Source: Aggregatilineales bacterium
Lineage (GTDB): Bacteria; Chloroflexota; Anaerolineae; Aggregatilineales; Phototrophicaceae
Direction: 5' to 3'
DNA length: 64,000 nt
Assembly: GCA_963663445.2 (NCBI GenBank)
Contig: CAXXTM010000002.1
Span: 1,167,187-1,231,186, forward strand
Under the pieces are notes generated by a model. It was not told the origin of the DNA. It searched no databases and was given only the letters and a program-made list of their open reading frames with translations. The translations under genes were made by a program, and so were the position numbers. Below are positions 1 to 10,024 of this stretch, one piece after another; positions within the stretch are counted from its first letter, which is position 1; every line of letters begins with the position of its first letter.

Positions 1-2
1 AG

Positions 3-560
3 CTGCAGCGCCGCGGCTTCATCTTCGTTGATGTTCGCAGCACTCTAGAACGAAAGATCCCTGACTCGCCGCCACCGCAAGCTACTGGAGACGCTATCAT
101 TCGCTCCTCTAGTGCTGATGATTTGGAGACCTTGGCGGCACTCGCCCGTGACAGCTTCACGGCGACGCGGTTTTTCGCCGATCCCTACTTGGACAATGAA
201 AGAGCCTCCAGTCTGTACCAGATCTGGCTTACCAAGAGCCTGACTACGGATTATGCTGATCGGGTAGTGGTGGCTGAAATCAATCAAAAAAGCGTCGGCT
301 TCGTGACTTGTCACCTGGACAGACATGCCAGCGAGGGACAGATAGGTCTAGTGGCTCTAGCGGCGTCGGCGCAGGGACGGGGCCTCTCGCAGATGATGGT
401 GCTGCATGCGCTCGACTGGTTTCGGGAACAAGAAATAAGGAACGTGAGCGTTGTTACGCAAGGGCGGAATATCGCGGCGCAACGCTTGTATCAGCGTTGC
501 GGATTCCTGACCCGGTCGACGGAATTGTGGTTTCACAAATGGTTCCGGAAGATGCCGTGA
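3..560 (+). CDS. wecD: WecD-like GNAT, dTDP-fucosamine (dTDP-4-amino-4,6-dideoxy-D-galactose) N-acetyltransferase; 5' end lies outside the window
   Basis: The frame of ORF 123..560 stays open back to nt 3 (LQRRGFIFVDVRSTLERK...), so the gene is cut by the window edge. It is colinear with E. coli WecD as I recall it: GF.(L/F)V(E/D) block, (S/T)RF..P.Y, Y.QW(I/L), and C-terminal V.TQ..N.AA...Y...GF......W. GNAT acetyl-CoA loop QGRGLS is present. Confidence 0.7.
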   Translation: MQRRGFIFVDVRSTLERKIPDSPPPQATGDAIIRSSSADDLETLAALARDSFTATRFFADPYLDNERASSLYQIWLTKSLTTDYADRVVVAEINQKSVGFVTCHLDRHASEGQIGLVALAASAQGRGLSQMMVLHALDWFREQEIRNVSVVTQGRNIAAQRLYQRCGFLTRSTELWFHKWFRKMP

Positions 561-601
561 ATTCACTCTGTCAAATAGGAAACTGAAGAATTCGCAGAGC
601 T

Positions 602-1747
602 ATGGCAGATTATCGCATCCCCTTCAATAAACCGACTTATCTTGGGCGCGAAGCGGAATACATCGCCCAGAGTCTCTCTTTGTCGCATATTTCCGGTGAC
701 GGGGCATATTCGCGAAAATGTCATGCCTATCTCGAGGGGCGCTTGGGAGTGGCTCGCGCTTTGTTAACAACATCGTGCACGCACGCGCTGGAAATGTCCG
801 CTTTCTTGTTGGACATTAAGCCGGGCGACGAAGTGATCGTGCCGTCTTTCACCTTCGTCTCCAGTATCAACGCCTTTGTCTTGCGGGGCGCGACGCCGGT
901 CTTTGCCGATATTCGGCCCGATACGCTAAATATCGATGAAACACAGCTCCCGCGCTTGATATCCGAGCGCACGCGCGCCATCGTCCTTGTACACTATGCC
1001 GGGGTGGCTTGCGAAATGGATGCGATCATGGCGATAGCGCGCCAAAATGGCTTAGCTGTTGTCGAGGATAACGCTCATGCCTTGTTCGCGCGTTACAAAG
1101 GACGTTATCTCGGCACCTTTGGCGAGTTGGCCACACAGAGTTTCCACGAGACCAAGAACTTCACCTGCGGGGAGGGTGGGGCTCTGCTTATCAACGATGA
1201 TGAGATGGTCGACAGAGCCGAGATCATCCGCGAGAAAGGCACCAATCGCAGCCGGTTTTTCCGCGGTCAGATAGACAAATATACTTGGGTCGACGTCGGC
1301 TCGAGCTATTTGCCCTCGGATATGTTAGCCGCTCATCTCTGGGCGCAGTTTGAACTGGCAGACCAAGTGCAGGCGCGGCGCAGGGAGATTTGGGATTACT
1401 ATCAGTTGCATCTGGAGCAATGGGCGGCTGCGCATGGCCTGGGCTTGCCAACGATACCGGCTTATGTCGAACAAGCCTATCACATGTATTACCTGATTCT
1501 GCCCTCGTTGGACTGTCGCACGGCGCTGATTAACCACCTCAAGAGCCGGAACATACTCAGCGTCTTCCACTATTTGCCGCTGCATCTGTCGGACATGGGC
1601 AAGCAGTTTGAGGGGCAAGAGGGCGACTGTCCGGTGACCGAAGACATCGCCGACAGATTGCTTCGTTTGCCCTTCTACCACGCCTTAACGCGCGCCGAGC
1701 AAGATGAAGTCCTCGCGGGATTGTTCGCCTTTGAAGAATGGGAATAG
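602..1747 (+). CDS. wecE: DegT/DnrJ/EryC1-family PLP aminotransferase, dTDP-4-amino-4,6-dideoxygalactose transaminase (WecE/RffA-like)
   Basis: N-terminus IPFNKPTYLGREAEYIAQSL....ISGDGAYSRKCHAYLE parallels WecE. PLP-lysine context is SFHETKNFTCGEGGALL. It lies directly downstream of the wecD-like gene. Confidence 0.85.
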   Translation: MADYRIPFNKPTYLGREAEYIAQSLSLSHISGDGAYSRKCHAYLEGRLGVARALLTTSCTHALEMSAFLLDIKPGDEVIVPSFTFVSSINAFVLRGATPVFADIRPDTLNIDETQLPRLISERTRAIVLVHYAGVACEMDAIMAIARQNGLAVVEDNAHALFARYKGRYLGTFGELATQSFHETKNFTCGEGGALLINDDEMVDRAEIIREKGTNRSRFFRGQIDKYTWVDVGSSYLPSDMLAAHLWAQFELADQVQARRREIWDYYQLHLEQWAAAHGLGLPTIPAYVEQAYHMYYLILPSLDCRTALINHLKSRNILSVFHYLPLHLSDMGKQFEGQEGDCPVTEDIADRLLRLPFYHALTRAEQDEVLAGLFAFEEWE

Positions 1748-1770
1748 TTGGTTTGCGGGCATTTCAGCGG

Positions 1771-1797
1771 GTCGCGTAGGTCGCGTAGGTCGCGTAG
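1771..1797. repeat. Perfect 9-bp tandem repeat GTCGCGTAG x3, followed by ACACTGAC at 1798-1805 and again at 1811-1818
   Basis: Read directly from the sequence in the wecE-rnj intergenic region. Confidence 0.95.
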
Positions 1798-2170
1798 ACA
1801 CTGACCGCCGACACTGACTGTCAAACGCCCACGATATTCTCACTGTTTTCATGGGCGACCACAGTGTCGCCCCTACATCGCGGTAGATTTATGTGATATT
1901 CGGCACATAATTGATTCTGGTGCGATTGCCCTGCCCGCTCGTCATCCTTGCGTTGTAGAAGTCGGAAATGTATGGAATAATAATTCAGCGTTTGCCTAAA
2001 CGCCCCAATCCAGGACCTGATCATGCCTAGTCGAGAGGCATGTGCATGTAAAGTCTATAGCTAGAATAACTCGGAGGAAAGCATCGAGAAAACATTGTCA
2101 TAAGCAGTTAAATCAGCCTTACCCGCAGCGGTATTCGTTGTCGGGCATTTGTATTTGGAGAGAACCCCAC

Positions 2171-3829
2171 ATGGCTACAGACCCTATATTCAAAATCACG
2201 CCCATCGGAGGTTTGGGAGAAATCGGCAAGAACATGACCTTGTTCGAAATGAACGGGGACGGATTCCTGATCGATTGCGGCATTATGTTCCCGGCGAACG
2301 ATATGCACGGCGTCGACTATATCATCCCGGATTTTCGCTGGCTTGAAGAGCGCGATGACATCGTATTGCATGGCTGCTGCTTCACGCACGGGCACGAAGA
2401 TCATATCGGCGCCGTCCAGCATTTGGTGCAGGCTTTTCCGGATTTGCCGCTTTTTGCCACGCCTTTAACTAGAGGCTTGCTGCAAGTCAAACTCAAAAAC
2501 GCGCGTCTGCTGAAGGAAACCGATCTGCGCTCCTTTAACGCAGGCGACGAACTACGCATTGGTCCTTTTAAGTTGCACAGCTTTCACGTCTGCCACAGCA
2601 TACCTGATTGCGTCGGCTACGGCATCGAGACGCCGCTCGGCATGGTCGTACATACAGGAGACTACAAATTCGACAATACGCCGGTTCACGGCCGCAAGAC
2701 GGATTACGCGCGTCTTGCCAGCTTCGCGCGCAGAGGCGTGTCCTTGTTGCTGGCGGATAGCACCAATGCCGACAAATCCGGCTGGACAAAGTCGGAAGCG
2801 GTGATTGGGGAGGCGCTTGACCGTGTATTCCGCAATGCCAAAGGAAGAATCATGGTCGCGACCTTCGCTTCGTTGATCTCGCGCGTGCAGCAGGTGGTGA
2901 ACGCCGCGCGCCTACATAAACGCAAGGTTTGCATCACCGGCTATACCATGTCGGAATATGCCAAGATCGCCCGCAAGCTTGGTTATCTTGACGCCGACAA
3001 CGATATTCTGGTGGACATCGGCCGCGCGCAAACTTTGCCGCCGCATAAGGTCGTATTCATGGTCACCGGCTCCCAAGGCGAACCATCGGCCGTCCTTGGC
3101 AAACTGGCGGCGGGCCGTCATCGTCAACTGGATGTGCGGGTAGGCGATACGATTATCTTGTCCTCGCATCCGATTCCCGGCAACGAAGAATTGGTGTACC
3201 GCACAATCAATCGGCTGATGCAGCGCGGCGCCGATGTCATCTACGACGCCATCGAAGCGGTACATGTTTCGGGCCACGCCTGCCAGGAGGAGATGCGGCT
3301 GATGTTGAATCTGACGCAGCCGAAGTACCTGGTTCCCGTGCATGGCGAAATCCGCCACTTGCATCTTCACGCGAAATTGGCGCGCGAAAACGGCATCGCC
3401 CCAGAGAATGTGGTAACCATAGAAAACGGCACCACGATTGAGTTGTCCAAAAAGGGAATCGCAACCGGCGAGAGAATGCCAGGCGGATATGTCTTCGTCG
3501 ACGGCAGCGGGGTGGGCGATGTGGGACCGGCTGTCATCCGCGACCGGGAGATCTTGGCCCGCGATGGCTTCATGCTGGTCAGCATTAATATCGACCAAGC
3601 CAGCGGAAAACTCGTTGACGATCCCAGGATCATTTCTCGCGGCTTCGTATATCTCAAAGACGCCGAGGACTTCTTGGAGCAAATTCGCGATAATGTCGCG
3701 GCAGTTGTCAACAGCAGCCGCAATGTCAACGGCCGCCGCAGGCATCTGGTCGAGGACAGCTTGGGAAAACTGGTCTACAGCGAGACGAAGCGCCGCCCCA
3801 TGATTTTCAGTATCGTCAACGAAATCTAG
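2171..3829 (+). CDS. rnj: Ribonuclease J (metallo-beta-lactamase/beta-CASP RNase)
   Basis: KITPIGGLGEIGKNMT N-terminus and HGHEDHIG zinc motif. Length is about 552 aa from ATG 2171, with GGAGAG about 10 nt upstream. The longer track ORF from 2042 adds a basic, non-conserved extension. Confidence 0.9.
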   Translation: MATDPIFKITPIGGLGEIGKNMTLFEMNGDGFLIDCGIMFPANDMHGVDYIIPDFRWLEERDDIVLHGCCFTHGHEDHIGAVQHLVQAFPDLPLFATPLTRGLLQVKLKNARLLKETDLRSFNAGDELRIGPFKLHSFHVCHSIPDCVGYGIETPLGMVVHTGDYKFDNTPVHGRKTDYARLASFARRGVSLLLADSTNADKSGWTKSEAVIGEALDRVFRNAKGRIMVATFASLISRVQQVVNAARLHKRKVCITGYTMSEYAKIARKLGYLDADNDILVDIGRAQTLPPHKVVFMVTGSQGEPSAVLGKLAAGRHRQLDVRVGDTIILSSHPIPGNEELVYRTINRLMQRGADVIYDAIEAVHVSGHACQEEMRLMLNLTQPKYLVPVHGEIRHLHLHAKLARENGIAPENVVTIENGTTIELSKKGIATGERMPGGYVFVDGSGVGDVGPAVIRDREILARDGFMLVSINIDQASGKLVDDPRIISRGFVYLKDAEDFLEQIRDNVAAVVNSSRNVNGRRRHLVEDSLGKLVYSETKRRPMIFSIVNEI

Positions 3830-3856
3830 GTCAATCCCTCTGTCTTGGTTGATTTT

Positions 3857-3881
3857 CAGCGCCCGGCGCTGATTTTCGCTT
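3857..3881 (+). terminator. Weak terminator-like hairpin after rnj (CAGCGCC-C-GGCGCTG then ATTTTCGCTTT)
   Basis: Inverted repeat at 3857-3871 followed by a T-rich stretch. The loop is very tight, so folding is uncertain. Confidence 0.3.
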
Positions 3882-4066
3882 TGACGCTGATTGACGCTTC
3901 AATGCGCAACCCAATTTATTTTGCGCCGTATTCGATGCGTAACACAGTCGATCGGCGCGTAATCGGCCTATCGTGCGCAAGAATGCCGCGCGTATGAAAC
4001 AGAATAAGCCCTCTCGCGCATGTGCAAGAGGGCTTGTTAAAGTGAGATTCTGGAGAGCTTTTGCCT

Positions 4067-4759
<693 letters not shown>

Positions 4760-4817
4760 ACGGCGGGTTCGAGTCCGCGATTCTGGTCGTCATCTGTCTG
4801 CGAGGCACATCAGCGCT

Positions 4818-4846
4818 TTACCATGATGACAGCCGCAAGCTATAAT
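4818..4846 (+). promoter_or_regulatory. Candidate sigma70-type promoter: -35 TTACCA (4818-4823), 17-nt spacer, -10 TATAAT (4841-4846)
   Basis: Hexamers read from the sequence, 40 nt upstream of the PRTase ATG. Confidence 0.4.
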
Positions 4847-4886
4847 CTGTGCTGCTGAAGTCGGACCGCCAGCAAAAGGAATCGCC

Positions 4887-5444
4887 ATGCCCTCAGAAGT
4901 CCATAGTGTGGAAGTTGCCGGTATCAAGCGCGATCTGCGTTTGATGGAAATCAAACCCGGTGTCCGGATCGCCATCCTCAACATATTGGGCGATACCGTA
5001 TTTGTCAATGCGGCGAGCAAGGCGCTGGCTGAACGGCTCGCGGACAAGGGCATTGATTACTTGGTCACGGCGGAGGCAAAGTCCATTCCGCTTGCCCATG
5101 CCCTAAGCACCGATATGACCATACCTTATGTTGTATTGCGCAAGACACATAAACCCTATATGGGTGACGCGCTGCAAAGCGAAACCTTGAGCATTACGAC
5201 CGGCAAGCCGCAAATGCTATATCTGGATGAAAAAGACCGCAAACTGGTTTCGGGCAAGCGCATCGCCTTGCTGGATGATGTGATTTCCACCGGCAGTACG
5301 CTGCAGGGCATGCGCCTAATCATGAACAAAGCTGGCGCCAAAATCGTGGCGGAAGCGGCTATCTTCACCGAAGGCGATCGCGCGCAATGGCACGATATCG
5401 TCGCGCTGGGCCATTTGCCAGTTTGGGTTGACAATTTGCCCTAA
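4887..5444 (+). CDS. Phosphoribosyltransferase family protein (adenine/purine PRTase-like)
   Basis: PRPP-binding loop RIALLDDVISTGSTLQG. Size 185 aa. Confidence 0.7.
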   Translation: MPSEVHSVEVAGIKRDLRLMEIKPGVRIAILNILGDTVFVNAASKALAERLADKGIDYLVTAEAKSIPLAHALSTDMTIPYVVLRKTHKPYMGDALQSETLSITTGKPQMLYLDEKDRKLVSGKRIALLDDVISTGSTLQGMRLIMNKAGAKIVAEAAIFTEGDRAQWHDIVALGHLPVWVDNLP

Positions 5445-5502
5445 GACCTTGCCAACAGATTGGATACAATAGCGCCAAAGATCGACATATTACGCGGAAG
5501 AG

Positions 5503-6123
5503 TTGCAAGTGTCATCGCTGTCCTCGTCGAAATTAACCATCGTCGTTTATTTGCTTGTCATCATCTGCCTGGCTTTTGGCGGGACTATGTTGTATTTATC
5601 CCGTCCCCAGCCGACCACAATCACGATTAATCCACCGCTTCCAACAGCAACCAACGTTCCTAGCGCGACGCCGGGACCAATTCTTGTCTACGTGACCGGG
5701 GCTGTCATTCTGCCGGAGACAACTTTTGAGCTGCCTTTTGGCAGCCGCGTCCAAGACGCGATCGCGGCGGCCGGCGGCTTCGCGGATTCGGCGAACAGGA
5801 CCTTGGTTAATCTAGCCGGTATCTTGCGCGATGGCGATCAGATCCATGTGCCCACGCTAGATAAAAGCGGCGATGACCATGGCGCAGAACAAGGCTCGGA
5901 TTTGAACTTGCCGACGCCTTCGGGCGGCGAATTGCTGCGCGTCAACTGGGCGAGCGAAAAGGAATTGCTAGCCTTGCCGGGCGTCGGACCGGCGCTGGCG
6001 CGGCGCATCGTCGCCTATCGCGATGAGATGGGTCCTATTGAGGATTTCGCCGACTTGGACAAAATCTCGGGCATCGGCGAAGCCACGATCGCCAAGTGGC
6101 AAGATTTGATCGCCTTCGACTAG
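5503..6123 (+). CDS. comEA: ComEA-family DNA-binding protein (TM anchor, SLBB-like segment, tandem helix-hairpin-helix)
   Basis: N-terminal TM IVVYLLVIICLAFGGTMLYL. Middle segment ILVYVTGAV..P..FELPFGSRVQDAIAAAGG. C-terminal LLALPGVGPALARRIVAYR....DLDKISGIGEATIAKW. Start is uncertain (TTG 5503 or GTG 5509). Confidence 0.8.
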   Translation: MQVSSLSSSKLTIVVYLLVIICLAFGGTMLYLSRPQPTTITINPPLPTATNVPSATPGPILVYVTGAVILPETTFELPFGSRVQDAIAAAGGFADSANRTLVNLAGILRDGDQIHVPTLDKSGDDHGAEQGSDLNLPTPSGGELLRVNWASEKELLALPGVGPALARRIVAYRDEMGPIEDFADLDKISGIGEATIAKWQDLIAFD

Positions 6124-7205
6124 CGGATGCGCGCGCCAGTCGTCGCTTCGAAAAATAGCGCCTGGGACCAGTCCAAGCGACAAAAGATAGTCTCGCCCGG
6201 GGAAAAAGACTGCTCCAACGGCGCCTGAATCTGCCAACGCCGCTTGCGCAGCCAGACCTCAAGCAAGTTGAACTTCTCCGCGTAATAGGGTATGACACGG
6301 TCAATTGTCGCGGGAATGCCGGTCGCTTTATCGCAGATGACGATATGTTCCGGTCGGATGCCGACGATGACTTCGCTGCCGTTGGGGCGGCGCTGCGGCA
6401 GTTGCGCGCGTCCCATATAGCTGCCATCCCATTGTCCCTCGCTGACGACTCCCCAAAACTTGTTAATCGTAGGCGTGCCAAGGAATTCCGCTACAAATAA
6501 ATTGTCCGGATTCGCGCGCAGTTGCTCGTAGGCGCCGGCTTGGATGATCCGCCCGGCGTCCATGACCACGATACGATCGGCGACGCTCATCGCTTCTACT
6601 TGATCGTGCGTGACATATACCAGCGTGACATTAAACTCTTGTATCAAGCGCTTTAGCTCGACCCGGGCTTGTCCGCGAAACTTGGCGTCCAGGTTCGCGA
6701 AAGGTTCGTCAAAAAGCAGCAGCTCCAGGTCGCGCGCGAAGGCGCGGGCGATGGATACCCGCTGCTTTTCGCCACCGGAAAGATTTCTCGGGAATTTTCC
6801 CATCAATTTCTCGATATCGACGCCGGTTATTTTGGCGACGGTTTCGACATGAGCTGGCACTTCGGCTTCGCGGTCGCGCAGGCGCAGGAAAAAACCCACC
6901 GTTTTGCGACTTTCCCAGTGCGGGATCAAGACATAGTTTTGGAAGACCATGCCGATTCCACGTTCTGCGATGGGGATCTCATCCAGCGGCACATCGTTGT
7001 AATAGATTTCGCCCGAATCGGGATTGTCCAAGCCGGCGATCAAGCGCAGCAGGGTGGTTTTGCCACAGCCCGAGGGACCCAGCAAGACGACAGCTTCGCC
7101 GTCCTCCACGCGCAGATTGAAATCCTTGATGGCCAGGACGGGCGTCAGTTTGCGGTTCTTGTCGTAAAAGGTCTTGCTCACGTTTTTGAGCGTGATCGTT
7201 CTCAT
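6120..7205 (-). CDS. Sugar-type ABC importer ATPase (MalK/UgpC/MsiK-like) with C-terminal regulatory/TOBE-like domain; no adjacent permease or binding protein
   Basis: Walker A GPSGCGKTT, signature LSGGEKQRVSIARA, Walker B LLLFDEPFANLD. Start moved to ATG 7205 (MRTITLKNVSKTF). The stop overlaps the comEA stop (CTAG at 6120-6123). Confidence 0.85.
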   Translation of the reverse strand: MRTITLKNVSKTFYDKNRKLTPVLAIKDFNLRVEDGEAVVLLGPSGCGKTTLLRLIAGLDNPDSGEIYYNDVPLDEIPIAERGIGMVFQNYVLIPHWESRKTVGFFLRLRDREAEVPAHVETVAKITGVDIEKLMGKFPRNLSGGEKQRVSIARAFARDLELLLFDEPFANLDAKFRGQARVELKRLIQEFNVTLVYVTHDQVEAMSVADRIVVMDAGRIIQAGAYEQLRANPDNLFVAEFLGTPTINKFWGVVSEGQWDGSYMGRAQLPQRRPNGSEVIVGIRPEHIVICDKATGIPATIDRVIPYYAEKFNLLEVWLRKRRWQIQAPLEQSFSPGETIFCRLDWSQALFFEATTGARIR

Positions 7206-7435
7206 GCCTTCTTGCCCGCGTCTTATTCTCCTCAATAGCATAACACAGGCGTCTCGACAGTCCGACGCAGACAGGCAAGAGCTTATATCTCGGCGCTCTC
7301 GATGGTATTTTGCCAGTATTCTGGTGCGATTGCTCTGCCACGAAAGCCAAATATCATAGCTAACATGGGCGCGCTTGCTGTATAATGAATCTCGCGTTAC
7401 GCATGCAGCGACCCTTGAGATAATGGAGCAGCGCT

Positions 7436-8398
7436 TTGAAACAAACGATCCAACCGGATCTGATACCGGTGACCACAGCCGACGGCTGGCAGCCTGATCC
7501 CAAAAGCCCGCGCCGCCGCCCGCCTTGGATCCGCGTCCGAGCGCCGAGTGGCGAGACTTATGAGCAGGTGCGAGCGCTGATGCGCGGCAAGACCTTGCAC
7601 ACAGTCTGCGAAGAAGCGCAATGCCCCAACCTCGGCGAATGTTGGGGACGCGGCACGGCGACCTTCTTGATGCTGGGCGATACCTGCACGCGCAGTTGTG
7701 GATTCTGCGATATCAAGACGGGACTGCCGCAGCCGCTGGATTGGGGCGAGCCTAACCGTGTGGCGGAAAGCGTGCGCGCCATGGGGCTGCAGCATGTGGT
7801 GATCACCAGCGTGAACCGCGACGACCGCCCCGATGGCGGCGCGCCTTTGTTCGCCATGGTCATCCGCAGGATCCGTCAATTGCAACCGGGCTGCTCGATT
7901 GAGGTTCTGATTCCTGATTTCAAGGGCAGTGAACTGGCTTTGAAGATTGTCATGGACGCCCAGCCGGAAATCCTCAACCATAATGTCGAAACCGTCGCCC
8001 GCTTGTTCAAGAAAGTGCAGCCGCAAGACAAATACAAATGGGCGCTCGCTACCCTGAGCAATGCCAAGGCAATGGATCCGCTAGTCTTAACAAAAAGCGG
8101 CATCATGCTTGGCTTGGGCGAAACAATGCCTGAAGTGCGGGAGACGATGCGGGATTTAGTGAATATCGGGGTGGATATTTTGACTGTCGGGCAATACCTG
8201 CAGCCGAGCAAGCGTCATCTGCCTATCAAGCGCTATTATACGCCCGAAGAGTTTGACCAGTTGCGGGAAACCGGGCTGGAAATGGGCTTCAAATGGGTCG
8301 AGAGCGGTCCCCTGGTACGCAGCAGTTACCGGGCGGAGCAGCAAGTGCGCGAGCTGTCGCGGCTGGATCATTTCCGGCTGCGTGAATCCAGCAGCTAA
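7436..8398 (+). CDS. lipA: Lipoyl synthase
   Basis: [12 protein letters not shown] auxiliary cluster motif plus radical-SAM [11 protein letters not shown] start lies 8 nt after GGAG. A TATAAT is at 7381-7386. Confidence 0.95.
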   Translation: MKQTIQPDLIPVTTADGWQPDPKSPRRRPPWIRVRAPSGETYEQVRALMRGKTLHTVCEEAQCPNLGECWGRGTATFLMLGDTCTRSCGFCDIKTGLPQPLDWGEPNRVAESVRAMGLQHVVITSVNRDDRPDGGAPLFAMVIRRIRQLQPGCSIEVLIPDFKGSELALKIVMDAQPEILNHNVETVARLFKKVQPQDKYKWALATLSNAKAMDPLVLTKSGIMLGLGETMPEVRETMRDLVNIGVDILTVGQYLQPSKRHLPIKRYYTPEEFDQLRETGLEMGFKWVESGPLVRSSYRAEQQVRELSRLDHFRLRESSS

Positions 8399-8508
8399 TG
8401 GACAGTTGCGCAGGTCCAGATTATGTGACTAGCGGGTTGACCAGCATTGCGGTCCCGCGTTGCAGCAGTTATAGTTTCGCTACGCAAGGCTAGGTTTGAG
8501 GTGTTGCC

Positions 8509-9099
8509 ATGAGCGCGTTTTTCGCTGGACGGCGGGGCCAGCCGGATGCTGAATCACAAGAAGCGGTGGCTGTACTGCCTGTGGGTCAGCCAGTCGGCTT
8601 CGACACTGTCATCGGCTCAAATAGCGAGACTGAAGGCAGTTTTACCAGTTCGGGCAATGTGCGCATGGACGGCAAGTTCACCGGTTCGCTCGAGATTGAG
8701 GGCAACATTCTAATTGGGGAATCGGCTGAGATCCGCGCCGATATCAACGCCCGCAATATCTCCATCGCCGGCGCTGTCCGCGGCAACGTGGCGGGGGACA
8801 AAGTGCAGCTCTTGCGTACCGGGCGTATCTGGGGGGATATTAGCGCCGCGGCGCTGACCACGGAAGAAGGCGCCTTTATCGACGGCAAGATCACGATGAT
8901 GGGTCATTCAGCGACACAGTCGCCGAGCGACGAGCCGCTCATCGATCGGGATAACGATGGCGCACTGCCGGCTGATTCCGGCGCGATTTTTCAAAATGAC
9001 GGTGAGGAATTCGCCGAAGAGGCCGGCATAATCACTGACCTTGATGAAACGGGTAGCAGCAATAAAGATGACGAAACAAGCGACGAAACTGAAGACTAG
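8509..9099 (+). CDS. Bactofilin-family polymer-forming cytoskeletal protein with acidic C-terminal tail
   Basis: DUF583-like beta-helical repeats (GNILIGESAEIRADINARNISIAGAVRGNVAGDKVQL..GRIWGDI). Tail is rich in D/E/S (DETGSSNKDDETSDETED). Confidence 0.85.
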   Translation: MSAFFAGRRGQPDAESQEAVAVLPVGQPVGFDTVIGSNSETEGSFTSSGNVRMDGKFTGSLEIEGNILIGESAEIRADINARNISIAGAVRGNVAGDKVQLLRTGRIWGDISAAALTTEEGAFIDGKITMMGHSATQSPSDEPLIDRDNDGALPADSGAIFQNDGEEFAEEAGIITDLDETGSSNKDDETSDETED

Positions 9100-9184
9100 C
9101 TGCGGACTCCCCCTGTGCAAGCAACCTTGAACGATTGCCTCTGCCAGTGACAAATCCGGTCTTTGCATGAAGCGTCATTCTGTT

Positions 9185-9955
9185 TCAGAAAGCGCTTGAA
9201 GTCATCCCCCCATCCACAACGAAGACGCCGCCAGTGGTGAAGTCTGAAGCTGGTGAAGCCAGATAGAGCGCCAGACCGGCGACATCGGCCGCTTGACCAA
9301 TCCTTCCCGCCGGTGTGCCCGCGATAACATCTCGCATTAGATCGTCGTTTGCCCAAAGCGCGCGCGCGAACTGGGTCTGGATCAGTCCGGGCGCCACAGC
9401 GTTCACTTGTATATTGTCGGGACCGAGTTCAAGAGCCAGGGTCTTTGTCAAGCTGATAAGCCCGGCCTTGGTGATGCTGTAGATGCCTTGATATCGTCCC
9501 GGGTTTAGGCCGACGACAGAGGCGATATTGATGATTTTCCCGCCACCACCCGCGCGCATGTGCCGCACGGCAGCCTGACTTAGCCATACATTGCCCATGA
9601 GATTGACATCTAGCGTCTTCCGCCAATAGCTGTCGTCCGCCTCGAGAATCGCGCCGAAATGCGGATTGGTCGCGGCGTTGTTCACCAGAATGTCGAGCCG
9701 GCCGAAGCGCTCAATCGTTTCGCTGACCAGGGCCTGCAAAGCTGCTTTGTCGCCATTATGCGCTGCGATGGCGACAGCGACGCCGCCCGTCTCGTTGATT
9801 GATCCCGCTACTTCATCAAGCGCCTCTTGCTTGCGGCTGGCAAGCGCGACTTTTGCGCCTGCGCCAGCCAAGGTCTCTGCTATGGCGCGGCCGATGCCGC
9901 GGGAGGCGCCCGTCACAACCGCGACCTTGCCGCTGAGGTCAAACTGTCCGCTCAT
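9185..9955 (-). CDS. SDR-family oxidoreductase (FabG-like)
   Basis: TGASRGIG, NNAA, and YSITK (YxxxK). Start moved to ATG 9955 (MSGQFDLSGKVAVVTG). Confidence 0.85.
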   Translation of the reverse strand: MSGQFDLSGKVAVVTGASRGIGRAIAETLAGAGAKVALASRKQEALDEVAGSINETGGVAVAIAAHNGDKAALQALVSETIERFGRLDILVNNAATNPHFGAILEADDSYWRKTLDVNLMGNVWLSQAAVRHMRAGGGGKIINIASVVGLNPGRYQGIYSITKAGLISLTKTLALELGPDNIQVNAVAPGLIQTQFARALWANDDLMRDVIAGTPAGRIGQAADVAGLALYLASPASDFTTGGVFVVDGGMTSSAF

Positions 9956-10024
9956 GTCTGGATACTCCGCTGCGCCGCCCTGCCGAGACAGGCTCCGGCG
10001 CGGCACGTCCTAGCCTAGACCGAT

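Noticed and set aside
45-326. 93-aa minus-strand ORF at the window start; also the 1821-2024 minus-strand ORF
   Set aside because: The first is antisense to the wecD-like gene. The second lies in the rnj upstream region with no Shine-Dalgarno sequence or similarity. Neither is supported.
2912-3745. 277-aa minus-strand ORF
   Set aside because: It is antisense to rnj. Similar shadow ORFs lie opposite other strongly supported genes: 7397-8026 (lipA), 16006-16671 (rmlB), 32677-33588 (etfB), 48029-48565 (GT-C paralog 2), 52100-52525 (DUF2007), 54539-55204 (histidine kinase) and 60529-61212 (M20 peptidase). All lack motifs.
4765-4776. GGGTTCGAGTCC, a tRNA T-loop-like string right after the ABC ATPase stop, considered as a tRNA remnant or integration scar
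   Set aside because: The flanks do not form a T-stem (only 4 bp with an 8-nt loop), acceptor or anticodon arm. No integrase or direct repeat is nearby.
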